Assembly: GCA_963668625.2 (NCBI GenBank)
Contig: CAXXKA010000006.1
Span: 352,001 to 416,000 of the forward strand
Source of the DNA: an uncultured candidate division Zixibacteria bacterium
GTDB taxonomy: Bacteria; Zixibacteria; MSB-5A5; UBA10806; 4484-95
Reading direction: 5' to 3'
Length of the DNA: 64,000 bases
Shown here one piece after another: positions 22,733-32,070 of this stretch (position 1 is the first letter of the stretch; each line of letters begins with the position of its first letter). The translations under genes and the position numbers were made by a program. Under the pieces are notes generated by a model that saw only the letters and a list, made by a program, of their open reading frames with translations, had not been told where the DNA came from and ran no database searches.

Positions 22733-23116
22733 ATGCCAATATCGAATAAAGTTTTAGTAATTGATGATGAACCTGAGATAACCGAAATCATCCAGGCTTT
22801 TCTCTCCAATGCCGGCTATCAGGTTGAGATCGAAAACTCATCCGTTGAGGGCCTGGCCAAAGCGAAGGTATTTGGGCCGGATGTTATTCTTCTGGATATT
22901 ATGATGCCGGTTATGGACGGTTACGAAGTTTGCGCGCAATTGAAAAAAGATCCGCAGACGGCGCAGATACCGGTACTATTTCTAACCGGTAAGGATGCCA
23001 AAGATGATGCCGGGATGTCATTCCAATCCGGCGGCGATTTGTTCATCAAGAAGCCGTTTTCCTGCGAACGTTTGCTCAACATGGTGAAGATGGTTTTAAT
23101 CTCGATCAACAAATAG
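22733..23116 (+). CDS. Single-domain response regulator receiver
   Basis: VIDDE..LLDIMMPVMDG..FLTG..KPF. Confidence 0.9.
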   Translation: MPISNKVLVIDDEPEITEIIQAFLSNAGYQVEIENSSVEGLAKAKVFGPDVILLDIMMPVMDGYEVCAQLKKDPQTAQIPVLFLTGKDAKDDAGMSFQSGGDLFIKKPFSCERLLNMVKMVLISINK

Positions 23117-23141
23117 TACTGTATATCGATAAGAAAATTTT

Positions 23142-23167
23142 AAGCTCGCCAATGGCGGGCTTTTTTT
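23142..23167 (+). terminator. Intrinsic terminator
   Basis: AAGCTCGCC-AAT-GGCGGGCTT followed by a T run. Confidence 0.75.
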
Positions 23168-23463
23168 ATGCCTGAAATGGGGGGCCGTAGGTCAGGAGCC
23201 GTGGATCCTGACAAAGGGGAAAGGACCATAAATACAATATGATAGATTACCCATCGTTACGAAGAGCCGCTTCGTGACGATGTTCAATCGCGGTAGTATT
23301 GTTTAATCGGATTACTATATGCCGGCAAGGTTACTAAATATTTGTTGCTAATGACTTACAGATTGCTTTGTCCGCTTCACTACCTCGCAATGACATCAAT
23401 AATGACTTTTTCAACAATCCCAGCGCTTAATAACCAGGGTAATATATCGATACCCCACCCAAC

Positions 23464-23570
23464 AGGGTTGTTGAAAAAGTCCAAATTAAGTAGTTGCGGT
23501 GTCAGGAATCTTTTCCTGACACCTGTTACATGCGGGATGTCGCCGGGAAGGGATTCCCAGCGACACATGA
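23464..23570 (+). repeat. MITE-like dispersed repeat, copy A (right end missing)
   Basis: GGGTTGTTGAAAAAG end, hairpin GGTGTCAGGAA..TTCCTGACACC, core TGTCGCCGGG..CCCAGCGACA. Confidence 0.7.
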
Positions 23571-23702
23571 AATTAACTCCACAATGCTATATGATGATCT
23601 TAATATTCGGTAGCATTGGGTGGTGAATCTCTCCCGCTCCACTCCCCGGGCGTATGTCGATACGCCCCTACGGCCAGTATTCTAACAGTCTCTCACCTGT
23701 TA

Positions 23703-23850
23703 GGGGTTGTTGAAAAAGTCATCGTTTTATACCTGAGGTGTTAGGAGTTTTTTCCTGACACCTGATTTCATGTGGGATGTCGCCGGGAGAGGATGAACAA
23801 AGGACTTCGTATGCCCAGCGACGCGTGGAATAGATTTTTTAAACAATCCC
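23703..23850 (+). mobile_element. MITE-like dispersed repeat, copy B (both ends present)
   Basis: Terminal inverted repeats GGGGTTGTTGAAAAA / TTTTTAAACAATCCC, flanked by TA on both sides; shared core. Confidence 0.72.
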
Positions 23851-23905
23851 TAACATGCGGGTAAATTAACAACCAGGGGGCTCCCGGACTTTTTTTTATT
23901 ACCGC

Positions 23906-23934
23906 TTGACCTTATCACGACCTGTCATTATAAT
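23906..23934 (+). promoter_or_regulatory. Sigma70-type promoter positioned for a leaderless transcript
   Basis: TTGACC-17 nt-TATAAT, 7 nt before ATG 23942; no Shine-Dalgarno. Confidence 0.7.
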
Positions 23935-23941
23935 CGTTGCG

Positions 23942-24685
23942 ATGAAAAAGACATTTGTACTCGCCTTCATTCTTATAAGTCTTTGCACATTCGCACTTGC
24001 CGATGATTTGCCCCGACCTGTCGGCTATGTCAACGATTTCGCCGGTATCATAAAATCCAACTACAAACAACAGATCGAATCGGCCTGTGCCTCGATCGAG
24101 CGCAGTACCGGTGTCGAGATATCGGTAATCACCATAAAAAATCTGGATGGATCCACAGTCGAGGATAAAGCTATGCAATTTCTCACCGGCTGGGGAGTCG
24201 GTAAAAGCGGCAAGGATAACGGCGTAGTTGTACTCGTAGCCTACGAGGAGCGGAGAATGAGAATAGAGACCGGTTACGGCATGGAGGGCGATTTGCCCGA
24301 TGGTTTAGCCGGTGAGATTATTCGTTACGATATAGTGCCCCGGTTCAAACAGGATGACTACGGTGGCGGTTTGCTTGCGGCCGTTTATAAAATCGGCAAA
24401 ATAGCCGGTGGCGATATTGTCGCCTATCCCAAATCGAGGCGTAGAAAACCTACCGGCAGTAACGGTATATTCATCGTTTTCATGATTATATTTTTTGTTT
24501 TATCGATGTTTGGCCGTCGCAGAGGTGGTGGCGGCGCTTTAGGCCTTCTGTGGCTTATAACCGGCATGAGTATAGGGCGATCCTCGCGCGGCGGATTTTC
24601 CGGTGGAAGTTCCGGTGGTTTCGGCGGTTTCGGTGGATTTGGCGGCGGCATGGGCGGTGGCGGTGGCGCCTCCGGTGGCTGGTAG
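23942..24685 (+). CDS. TPM-domain (YgcG/DUF477) membrane protein
   Basis: Signal peptide, YVNDFAG, WGVGK.GKDNGV, IETGYGMEGDLPD, Gly-rich tail GGGGASGGW. Confidence 0.88.
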   Translation: MKKTFVLAFILISLCTFALADDLPRPVGYVNDFAGIIKSNYKQQIESACASIERSTGVEISVITIKNLDGSTVEDKAMQFLTGWGVGKSGKDNGVVVLVAYEERRMRIETGYGMEGDLPDGLAGEIIRYDIVPRFKQDDYGGGLLAAVYKIGKIAGGDIVAYPKSRRRKPTGSNGIFIVFMIIFFVLSMFGRRRGGGGALGLLWLITGMSIGRSSRGGFSGGSSGGFGGFGGFGGGMGGGGGASGGW

Positions 24686-24755
24686 AAAATAAATCAAAAT
24701 TTTTTGCAACTTTTATGGTGCATTGCACGATAATATACTTAAGGAGAGCAATGCG

Positions 24756-25343
24756 GTGAAATTAATCAAGCGATATAAAAACAGGCGATTGTACGATACC
24801 GACCTGAAAAAGACTATCAAACTGGAGGATGTGAGAAGGTATGTCGATGACGGCGTTGAGGTGAAAGTTATAGATAACACTACAGGCAGGGATATCACCG
24901 TGCAAACGCTGGTAACAGTGCTTTCCACCACGACCTCAGATAAACAATCACTGGATAGAAATAAAAGTATATTACAACAATTAATAGATGAGAGAGGAGC
25001 CGGGGTTATGGATGCTATGAAAAAACTTATGCTGGCCGGTATAGGCGCGATTAATCTTTCGCGCGAGAAAGCCGAGGAGATTTTCGATGAGCTGGTTAAA
25101 AAAGGCGAGATGACCAGCGACGAGAAATCGGCGGCTATGAAGAAGATGGCCGATAAGATAGACGAGAAAACGGACAGGTTTAAAGAGAAAACCGACAAGT
25201 TCAAAAACAAAGTCGAAACTAAAGTCTCCGAGACTATCGAGAAAGTCAATGTCAGCGGCCGGGTGGATGAGCTAAATCGCAAAGTCGATGAGCTATCGGC
25301 TAAGCTGGAAGAGCTAACGCGAAAGCTGGCCGAGAAAGAATAG
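24756..25343 (+). CDS. PhaR-type DNA-binding domain fused to a phasin-family domain
   Basis: N-terminal LIKRYKNRRLYDT..VIDNTTGRDIT; C-terminal KKLMLAGIGA..EKAEEIFDELVKKGE coiled coil; GTG after AAGGAG. Confidence 0.75.
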   Translation: MKLIKRYKNRRLYDTDLKKTIKLEDVRRYVDDGVEVKVIDNTTGRDITVQTLVTVLSTTTSDKQSLDRNKSILQQLIDERGAGVMDAMKKLMLAGIGAINLSREKAEEIFDELVKKGEMTSDEKSAAMKKMADKIDEKTDRFKEKTDKFKNKVETKVSETIEKVNVSGRVDELNRKVDELSAKLEELTRKLAEKE

Positions 25344-25386
25344 ACACATCCCGAAAGCTATAAAACATTCTGTTATTCCTACGAAA

Positions 25387-25524
25387 GGAATTGTTGAAAA
25401 AGCCTGCTGTTGTGGCAGAAATCCATTCTTGCCATCTGAATTCATGCAGTATGTCGCCGGGAAAGGATGAACAAAGGACTCCGTCCGCCCAGTGATTCGT
25501 GATGCGGTTTTTTTCAGCAAAACC
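25387..25524 (+). mobile_element. MITE-like dispersed repeat, copy C, with 5-bp target duplication
   Basis: Ends GGAATTGTTGAAAAA / TTTTTCAGCAAAACC; CGAAA repeated at 25382-86 and 25525-29; shared core. Confidence 0.75.
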
Positions 25525-26013
25525 CGAAAGTAGGAATCTCGAATAATTACTAGACAGGCTACCAGGTCCTCGTTTTTACGGGTATGATAATGCCTTTACC
25601 GCCGTTTCGTAAAGCGCCCGGTAATCGAAGAAAGACCGACAAGGAGGAACCCTCAATATCCATTCAAGATAATATTTCACTACTGTCCGGTCTTTTCATC
25701 TCGTTGCGAAGCGCTGCTTCGCAACGTGGCTTGTTTGCCGGCAGAATGCGCATTCTACATGATTCAAGAAGGTTTCCAAGCAGCGCTTGGAAACCAGAAA
25801 ACCAAGCCTAACATCGGCAGGATATGTCAGGATGAATGATACGCTGAATAAAATAATTATATCGGAAAATATTTTTCATTAACAATTCCAAGGAGAAATT
25901 TAAAATTTAACGAAAAACACCGGACACTAGTGATAATATTGTATTGATAATTCCTCGAACTTTTCGATAATATTAGTATATCAATTATTAAATTAACCTT
26001 TTGCTTTGGATGA

Positions 26014-27696
26014 GTGTCCATGATAATTCCGAGACCGGATAAAAGCTTTCAAAATCTCAAACGCTACCATCAAATTGCCACAGTATTAATGAAATACGGT
26101 TTCGGAGAGCTGGTTCACCGGATGAACCTGGGCACGCAGTTTTTGCCCACAAGAAGCAAAAAGCCATCGCAATCCGTATCGAGTTACAGTACCGCTCAAC
26201 GTGTCCGTATGGCGCTGGAAGAGCTGGGCCCGACATATGTGAAATTAGGCCAGGTGCTCTCGACTCGTCCCTTTTTATTACCGGCCGAATATATCATAGA
26301 GCTGTCCAAACTTCAGGATCAGGTAGAACCGATGCCCTGGTCGGTAGCCTCGCTGTTATTGATTCGTGAATTAAAGAAGCCTATCAATGAGTGTTTCGAT
26401 TCATTCAACACCGAGCCGCTGGCCTCCGCCTCGCTCTCGCAGGTACATGAGGCCATACTTAAGGATGGCACACCGGTAGTAGTGAAAATACAGCGTCAGG
26501 GCATTAAGAAAATCATCGATTCGGATATGCAGATATTGAACGATATCGCCAGGCTACTCGAAAGTAACGTACCTGAAAGCCGCCAGTTCGACCCGACCGG
26601 AATTATCGAGGAGTTAGCCAAGTCGACCCAGAAAGAGATCAATTTCTTGAACGAGGCGAGGAACGTTGAGATTTTCGCCAATAATTTCAAGGATGAGCCG
26701 GGCATAAAAATACCGAAAATATATCGAGAATTCACGACCTCGAAAATACTTACGCTGGAGAAAATCGAGGGCATAAAGATATCCAATCTCGACGAGCTGA
26801 ACAGCAAAGGCTATGATACCAGGGAGATTTGTGAAAATGGAACCCGTCTCGTATTGAAAATGATATTCGAGGATGGTTTTTTCCATGCCGACCCGCATCC
26901 CGGTAACTTGTTTGTATGCGAAAACAATATCATAGCCCCGGTTGATTTCGGCATGATGGGAACGCTATCGCAATGGCAGATGGATTTTCTCGGCGATATG
27001 GTTATCGCTGTGATGTCCAAAGATACCGGCGATATGCTTCGCGTATTACAAAACACTGACATTATCCCTCCCGATACGAACTTGCGGGAACTCGAGCAGG
27101 ACTTGAGCGAACTGATCGTGAAATACTATAAGATGTCCTTGAAACAAATCGATATGACCACTGCTATCGATGATTTCTTCACGTTCGCTCAGGCGCATAA
27201 TATCAGATTCCAGTCGGAGTTTATGCTATTGGGAAAAGCCTTGATGACTTACGAGGAGGTTGCACGAATACTCTATCCCGAATACGATTTCGTTGGTGCA
27301 ATCGGGCCTTACCTGAAAAAAATCGCCGGCAGGAAGTATAACAAATCGAAGCTTTTCAAAGATTTAATCAGGGCTGTCGATGAGTTGCGCTGGTTTTTCA
27401 TCGAATCCCCGCGTGAGTGGCGGCGTATTGCCGATAAATTGAGTCATGGAGAGTTAACTGTCCAGATGCAACATAAGGGGCTGAACAACCTGATCAGAGA
27501 GTTGGATCGTTCCTCCAACAGGATTTCGATCTCCTTGCTTATAGCGGCTCTTATAGTAGGTTCCTCCATGATTATGACGATCAAGGAGGGTATGATGATT
27601 TTCGATTTACCCCTGTTAGGTTTGATCGGCTATTTATTCGCGGCCGTGCTGGGCATATTCCTCGTCATATCCATTTTGCGTTCAGGTAAACTCTGA
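26014..27696 (+). CDS. AarF/ABC1/UbiB-family atypical kinase
   Basis: LGPTYVKLGQVLSTR, ASASLSQVH, VVVKIQR, FFHADPHPGN, DFGMMG. Confidence 0.92.
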   Translation: MSMIIPRPDKSFQNLKRYHQIATVLMKYGFGELVHRMNLGTQFLPTRSKKPSQSVSSYSTAQRVRMALEELGPTYVKLGQVLSTRPFLLPAEYIIELSKLQDQVEPMPWSVASLLLIRELKKPINECFDSFNTEPLASASLSQVHEAILKDGTPVVVKIQRQGIKKIIDSDMQILNDIARLLESNVPESRQFDPTGIIEELAKSTQKEINFLNEARNVEIFANNFKDEPGIKIPKIYREFTTSKILTLEKIEGIKISNLDELNSKGYDTREICENGTRLVLKMIFEDGFFHADPHPGNLFVCENNIIAPVDFGMMGTLSQWQMDFLGDMVIAVMSKDTGDMLRVLQNTDIIPPDTNLRELEQDLSELIVKYYKMSLKQIDMTTAIDDFFTFAQAHNIRFQSEFMLLGKALMTYEEVARILYPEYDFVGAIGPYLKKIAGRKYNKSKLFKDLIRAVDELRWFFIESPREWRRIADKLSHGELTVQMQHKGLNNLIRELDRSSNRISISLLIAALIVGSSMIMTIKEGMMIFDLPLLGLIGYLFAAVLGIFLVISILRSGKL

Positions 27697-27803
27697 TAAG
27701 TTTTCGTTTAAAGCGAACATTACTCGATAAGAATCAGTAACTATAGATAAAGATATTGCCTTATGGGCGATAATCGATTAATTTTATCTCTTGGGTGAAT
27801 ATT

Positions 27804-28847
27804 ATGGCATTTGATGATTTAAGTGATCGCGAACGACGGATTCTAAAGGCGCTGATTGATCATTATATCAATACCGCCGAGCCGGTGGGATCGCGCACGC
27901 TTTCGAAAAAACACGATATAGGCTTATCCTCAGCCAGCATACGCAACACTATGAAAGACCTGGAGGAGATGGGCTTTATCAGCCAGCCGCATACCTCTGC
28001 CGGTCGTATACCCACCAATCAGGGCTATCGCTCGTATGTCGATTTCCTGCTTACTCCGGAAAATCTTGATGAAAACGAAAAGAATATCCTTCGGCGGAAC
28101 ATGAAAACCGAATATACCGAGATAGATGTGATTCTGGAGCAGACCTCACGGGTTATTAGTAACCTCTCCCAACAACTCGGCGTTACCCTGACACCGAAAT
28201 TCGAGTCGGCGATATTAACCAAGCTGGAGATGATCCCGGTTGCCGAGAACAGACTGATGGTAGTGCTTGTGGTTCGTTCCGGACTGGTAAAATCGATTTT
28301 AATCGAGGTCGAGGCCAATTTGCCTAACCTGGCGATAAACGAAACCGTCAGTGTCTTGAACGAGCGGTTATGCGGGCTGTCGTTAAGCGATATCAAACGT
28401 ACTATTAAAGAGCGCGTGAAAAATGTCAATACCGGAGATCCCAAGCTAATCAAATTGTTCGTCGAAAGCCATGAGGATATCTGGGATTTTACGGGCACCC
28501 CCAGGGTTCACATCGATGGCGCATCGAAACTTCTCAAGCAACCAGAGTTTCAAACCCCCGAGAATGTCGCCAAAGTAATCGAGCTGATAGAGGACCGAAC
28601 CTCTATACAGCAGATTATTTCAGAAACCGGTATCGAGGAGGGTATAACGATCACAATTGGTCACAAGAACAAAGCAGGTGAGGATGAACCCCTGTCATTG
28701 TTAACATCCACTTACGATATGGATGGTGTAAAAGGTGTTGTCGGTATTATCGGCCCGACCCGCATGAATTATTCGAGGCTGGTCAGCCTGGTCGATTACA
28801 CCTCGAAGATGTTATCCAATATTTTATCCGATAAATCAAAAGGTTAA
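27804..28847 (+). CDS. hrcA: Heat-inducible transcription repressor HrcA
   Basis: PVGSRTL..SSASIRN..QPHTSAGRIPT..GYR; IIGPTRMNY. Confidence 0.95.
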   Translation: MAFDDLSDRERRILKALIDHYINTAEPVGSRTLSKKHDIGLSSASIRNTMKDLEEMGFISQPHTSAGRIPTNQGYRSYVDFLLTPENLDENEKNILRRNMKTEYTEIDVILEQTSRVISNLSQQLGVTLTPKFESAILTKLEMIPVAENRLMVVLVVRSGLVKSILIEVEANLPNLAINETVSVLNERLCGLSLSDIKRTIKERVKNVNTGDPKLIKLFVESHEDIWDFTGTPRVHIDGASKLLKQPEFQTPENVAKVIELIEDRTSIQQIISETGIEEGITITIGHKNKAGEDEPLSLLTSTYDMDGVKGVVGIIGPTRMNYSRLVSLVDYTSKMLSNILSDKSKG

Positions 28848-28883
28848 ACTCTAAACACTTATTTCCAGAGGGCAGTTAACGCG

Positions 28884-29477
28884 ATGAGCAAAGAAAAAGA
28901 GTTATCCCCCGACGAGAATACTCAAGGCAAAATTGATATTGAGATTTCGGACGATATTGATCAAGGAGAGAAAAAGGATTCCGGGGAGAAGCAGGACACT
29001 GAAAATACGATAGATATTAAACAAACAACGGAATACAAAGATTTGAATGATAAATATGTCAGACTGGTAGCCGAATTCGATAATTTCAAGAAACGTTCGG
29101 CCAGGGAATATAACCGCCTGGTGGAAACCGCCGAGAGCAATCTTATTTTAGACCTTCTGCATGTCGTCGATGATTTCTCGCGTGCTATTAATCACGATAC
29201 CGAGGATTTCGAAACGTATAAGCAGGGTATCGAGATGATCAATAGTAAGCTGAACGAAACCCTAAAACGTCGAGGGTTGCAGCATATGAGAGTAGTCGAT
29301 GAGGAGTTCGATCCGAATTTTCATGAGGCGGTAATGCAACTGGAGGTTGATGACAAAGAAGATGGTATCATAATAGAGGAAGTACAGGCAGGATATTATT
29401 TGAATGATAAAGTGATCAGACCGGCTAAAGTCGTTGTAGCCAAACGTAAAGAGGACGAATCTGAGAAGGATGATTAG
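28884..29477 (+). CDS. grpE: Nucleotide exchange factor GrpE
   Basis: RLVAEFDNFKKR..FDPNFHEAV..GYYLNDKVIRPAKVVV. Confidence 0.95.
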   Translation: MSKEKELSPDENTQGKIDIEISDDIDQGEKKDSGEKQDTENTIDIKQTTEYKDLNDKYVRLVAEFDNFKKRSAREYNRLVETAESNLILDLLHVVDDFSRAINHDTEDFETYKQGIEMINSKLNETLKRRGLQHMRVVDEEFDPNFHEAVMQLEVDDKEDGIIIEEVQAGYYLNDKVIRPAKVVVAKRKEDESEKDD

Positions 29478-29832
29478 CATTTTACTAATGATTTTGTTAA
29501 TCTCCAATTGATATCCATGTAATTAGTTACGATTTTTTTGTTTTTCACGATAGAAATAGCTTGCAATAGTCTGAAATGCTCATTATAAATCAAGCCGTGT
29601 TTCTTCTAAGCCTTTTAATATGGTCTGGGCAACCATCTGATTGGTAGAAATGTGATAATCGAATTTTTAGGGCGACCTTACCGGTTATTCTATATGATGA
29701 TGATAAGGTATCCGGCTCTTTGACATATCTTTCGGAATGCAATCGATTTCAAAGCTTACGGGCGTTGGTTAGTTGTATGTAATGTGACTATTCCTAATGT
29801 TTGCTTAGGGGCAGCCGTTGAAGGAGAGGCTT

Positions 29833-30738
29833 ATGACGAGGATTATTGGAGTTGTAAATCTTAAAGGTGGGGTTGGTAAAACAACCACTTGTGTTAATCT
29901 GGGCGCGGCCCTTGCTCTATACGGCTTTAAGGTATTACTGGTTGATCTTGATCCGCAGAAAAGCCTGACAAGCTGGGCGGCTATCGAACAATGGCCAACT
30001 ATCTGCAATGTTTTAACCGGCGAGGTCGATCCCTACAAAGCCATAACCCGCTGGGACAAAGCCAAATGCTGGGTTATGCCTGCCGGGCGAGAGCTGCGGC
30101 GAGTAGAGACCCAATTACTTACCATGACCGACAGGGAATATGTTCTGCGACACAAACTCAATCGTTTTTTCGATTTTGATTTCATCCTGATAGATACCGC
30201 GCCATCCTCGGGTCTGTTGACAATAAACTCGATTTGCGCCGCCCAGGAACTGGTGATTCCACTTCAAACCGAAATTCTTGCTTTAGAAAGTACCATTCCG
30301 TTTTTCGAAACGCTCGGCGATATCAAGAAACATTTTCACCCCGATTTGAAAATCGCCGGCATACTACCCAATATGTATGATTCCCGTACCAACCTGTCCA
30401 AATCGATTCTGGATCAGATGCGCGCCTCGGAACATCTAGGGCCGTTGATGTTTAAAACAACTATTCGCAAAAACGTAAAACTTGCCGAAACCCCCTCACT
30501 GGGCTGCGCCGTGACCCGATATTCGGCCTCATATGGCTCCGAGGATTTTAAACTTCTTGCCGAGGAAATCCTCAATGAAACCGACCGGGTGAAAATTGAG
30601 ACTTTACAACAGTCCAGGAAGACACCGGGCATGCAATCGCTGGGATTGGATGAAACCCAGGAGGTTGATAATGAGTTCATCGGTGATGAGGAGGGGGAGG
30701 TTGCGTTAACATCAGGGGAAACCGATAACGAGGATTGA
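29833..30738 (+). CDS. ParA/Soj-family ATPase (no adjacent parB)
   Basis: Deviant Walker A KGGVGKTT, DLDPQ, IDTAP, IRKNVKLAETP. Confidence 0.88.
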   Translation: MTRIIGVVNLKGGVGKTTTCVNLGAALALYGFKVLLVDLDPQKSLTSWAAIEQWPTICNVLTGEVDPYKAITRWDKAKCWVMPAGRELRRVETQLLTMTDREYVLRHKLNRFFDFDFILIDTAPSSGLLTINSICAAQELVIPLQTEILALESTIPFFETLGDIKKHFHPDLKIAGILPNMYDSRTNLSKSILDQMRASEHLGPLMFKTTIRKNVKLAETPSLGCAVTRYSASYGSEDFKLLAEEILNETDRVKIETLQQSRKTPGMQSLGLDETQEVDNEFIGDEEGEVALTSGETDNED

Positions 30739-30743
30739 TGATT

Positions 30744-30974
30744 ATGGCTGATAAATTTAAAGTATCGATTGAATACTGCATCGCTTGAAATTACGACCCC
30801 CAGGCGGCCAGTTTGGCTAAAGCTTTAAAAGAGCGTTACGGGATAAAAGCGAAACTCATCAAATCAAGTGGCGGAGTATTCGAAGTTGTCAAGGATGGAC
30901 AACTGCTTTTCTCCAAGATGGCTAAAGGGCGATTTCCTAATCATCAGGAAATATTCGATAAAATAGATAGCTAG
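30744..30974 (+). CDS. Rdx-family (SelT/SelW/SelH-like) selenoprotein; TGA 30786-30788 read as Sec
   Basis: MADKFKVSIEYCIAUNYDPQAASLAKAL..SSGGVFEV..LLFSK..GRFP; CxxU motif, with family motifs continuing in frame past TGA; missed by the ORF track. Confidence 0.88.
30800..30816 (+). promoter_or_regulatory. Candidate bacterial SECIS hairpin
   Basis: CCAGGC-GGCCA-GTTTGG stem-loop (two G-U pairs); G-led loop about 17 nt 3' of the UGA. Confidence 0.5.
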
Positions 30975-31209
30975 ACTATTAGGTGTCAGTATACCATTTT
31001 TCAGTTAGGTTCGTTCCAATAAGAAATAACCTGTACCGATACGAAACAGAAGTCGCATATTATTTAGCGGAGTAAGGAAATAATTCCTTGCATCAACTAT
31101 ACCCACTCTTTATATTCATCCCGCAAATGGGTAAATGCAAATCATCAACATTGAACTACCGGTATATCCAAGCTAAGTCAATGATACTAATAAATAATAG
31201 AGTTCAGGG

Positions 31210-32022
31210 ATGGGGGTGGAAATGTTTACTTTACTAAAACATGCACTTTCAATTGTTATCTGGGCGGTAGTAGCGGCTGCCTTTTTAATAGCCGGAAGCC
31301 CTGAATTATTCGCTTTCTGGGTTTTACTGGGAGTAGTTTTACTGTTTGCCTGGGTGGTCAAATTTATCTGGAAATGGATAGTGGGGATATTTTTACCGAC
31401 TGTCTCGGCCCGGGCGTATTTTTTGTTTATCGTAATAGTATTAGCATTAGGTTTAGGTTTTTATCAGGTCGCAATCGTGCCTGTTTTTAATTATTGGGGC
31501 ACTACTAAATCGGAGATTACCGATCAGTATCCTATCGATGAGTTTTTATCGGATGGCAAAACGGTAGCCTACAGGGCTATCACCATAAACGCGCCCATTG
31601 GCGAGGTCTATCCGCTTATTAAACGGCTGTCAACGAGTGGAGTGCTTAATTTTAAAGTGAATGTTATAGATATGATAAAAAACGAGCCGGCGAAATTCGT
31701 CCTGAAGGATATCCCCACCAATGTGAAGATCGGCGACCGTTTCTTGATCGGTGAGGTAGTGCAGAGCGTACCTAACAGAAGTCTTACGCTCGAGCTTGAC
31801 AGGAACAGGTTTCCCTGGAGCAAGTTCGAAAAGATTTACGCCGGGTATTATCTAACTCCGGTAGATGGCAACAAGACTCGTATAGTCATGAAAATTAAAG
31901 CCAACTACAGCGGGTTTTTAGCCTGGATCTCGGCCAAGTACTTGATCGAGCTGGGTGATTATTGGGTCTCCAGCTATCAATTGAGCTCGATAAAAAGTTT
32001 AGCCGAGCAAAGCGACGGTTAG
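31210..32022 (+). CDS. Membrane protein with three N-terminal TMs and a possible SRPBCC/START-like domain
   Basis: Hydrophobic N-terminus; RAITINAP..VYP and LTPVDGNKTRI motifs. Confidence 0.5.
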   Translation: MGVEMFTLLKHALSIVIWAVVAAAFLIAGSPELFAFWVLLGVVLLFAWVVKFIWKWIVGIFLPTVSARAYFLFIVIVLALGLGFYQVAIVPVFNYWGTTKSEITDQYPIDEFLSDGKTVAYRAITINAPIGEVYPLIKRLSTSGVLNFKVNVIDMIKNEPAKFVLKDIPTNVKIGDRFLIGEVVQSVPNRSLTLELDRNRFPWSKFEKIYAGYYLTPVDGNKTRIVMKIKANYSGFLAWISAKYLIELGDYWVSSYQLSSIKSLAEQSDG

Positions 32023-32070
32023 ATACGGATTTTATCTTATGATTTTTAAGATGCAGTAAGGATTGTTACG

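Noticed and set aside
23342-23626. ORFs over the MITE copies (also 25314-25520, 25584-25811, 61208-61414)
   Set aside because: They run through or beside non-coding repeats, with no RBS or protein motif.
23170-23900. CRISPR array
   Set aside because: Repeats are long, degenerate and irregularly spaced; no cas genes.
24590-24682. GGT/GGC-rich low-complexity repeat
   Set aside because: It encodes the normal Gly-rich tail of TPM-domain proteins.
29480-29830. parS site, riboswitch or ncRNA upstream of parA
   Set aside because: No TGTTTCACGTGAAACA-like palindrome, and only a vague resemblance to c-di-GMP-I motifs; a covariance-model search would be needed.
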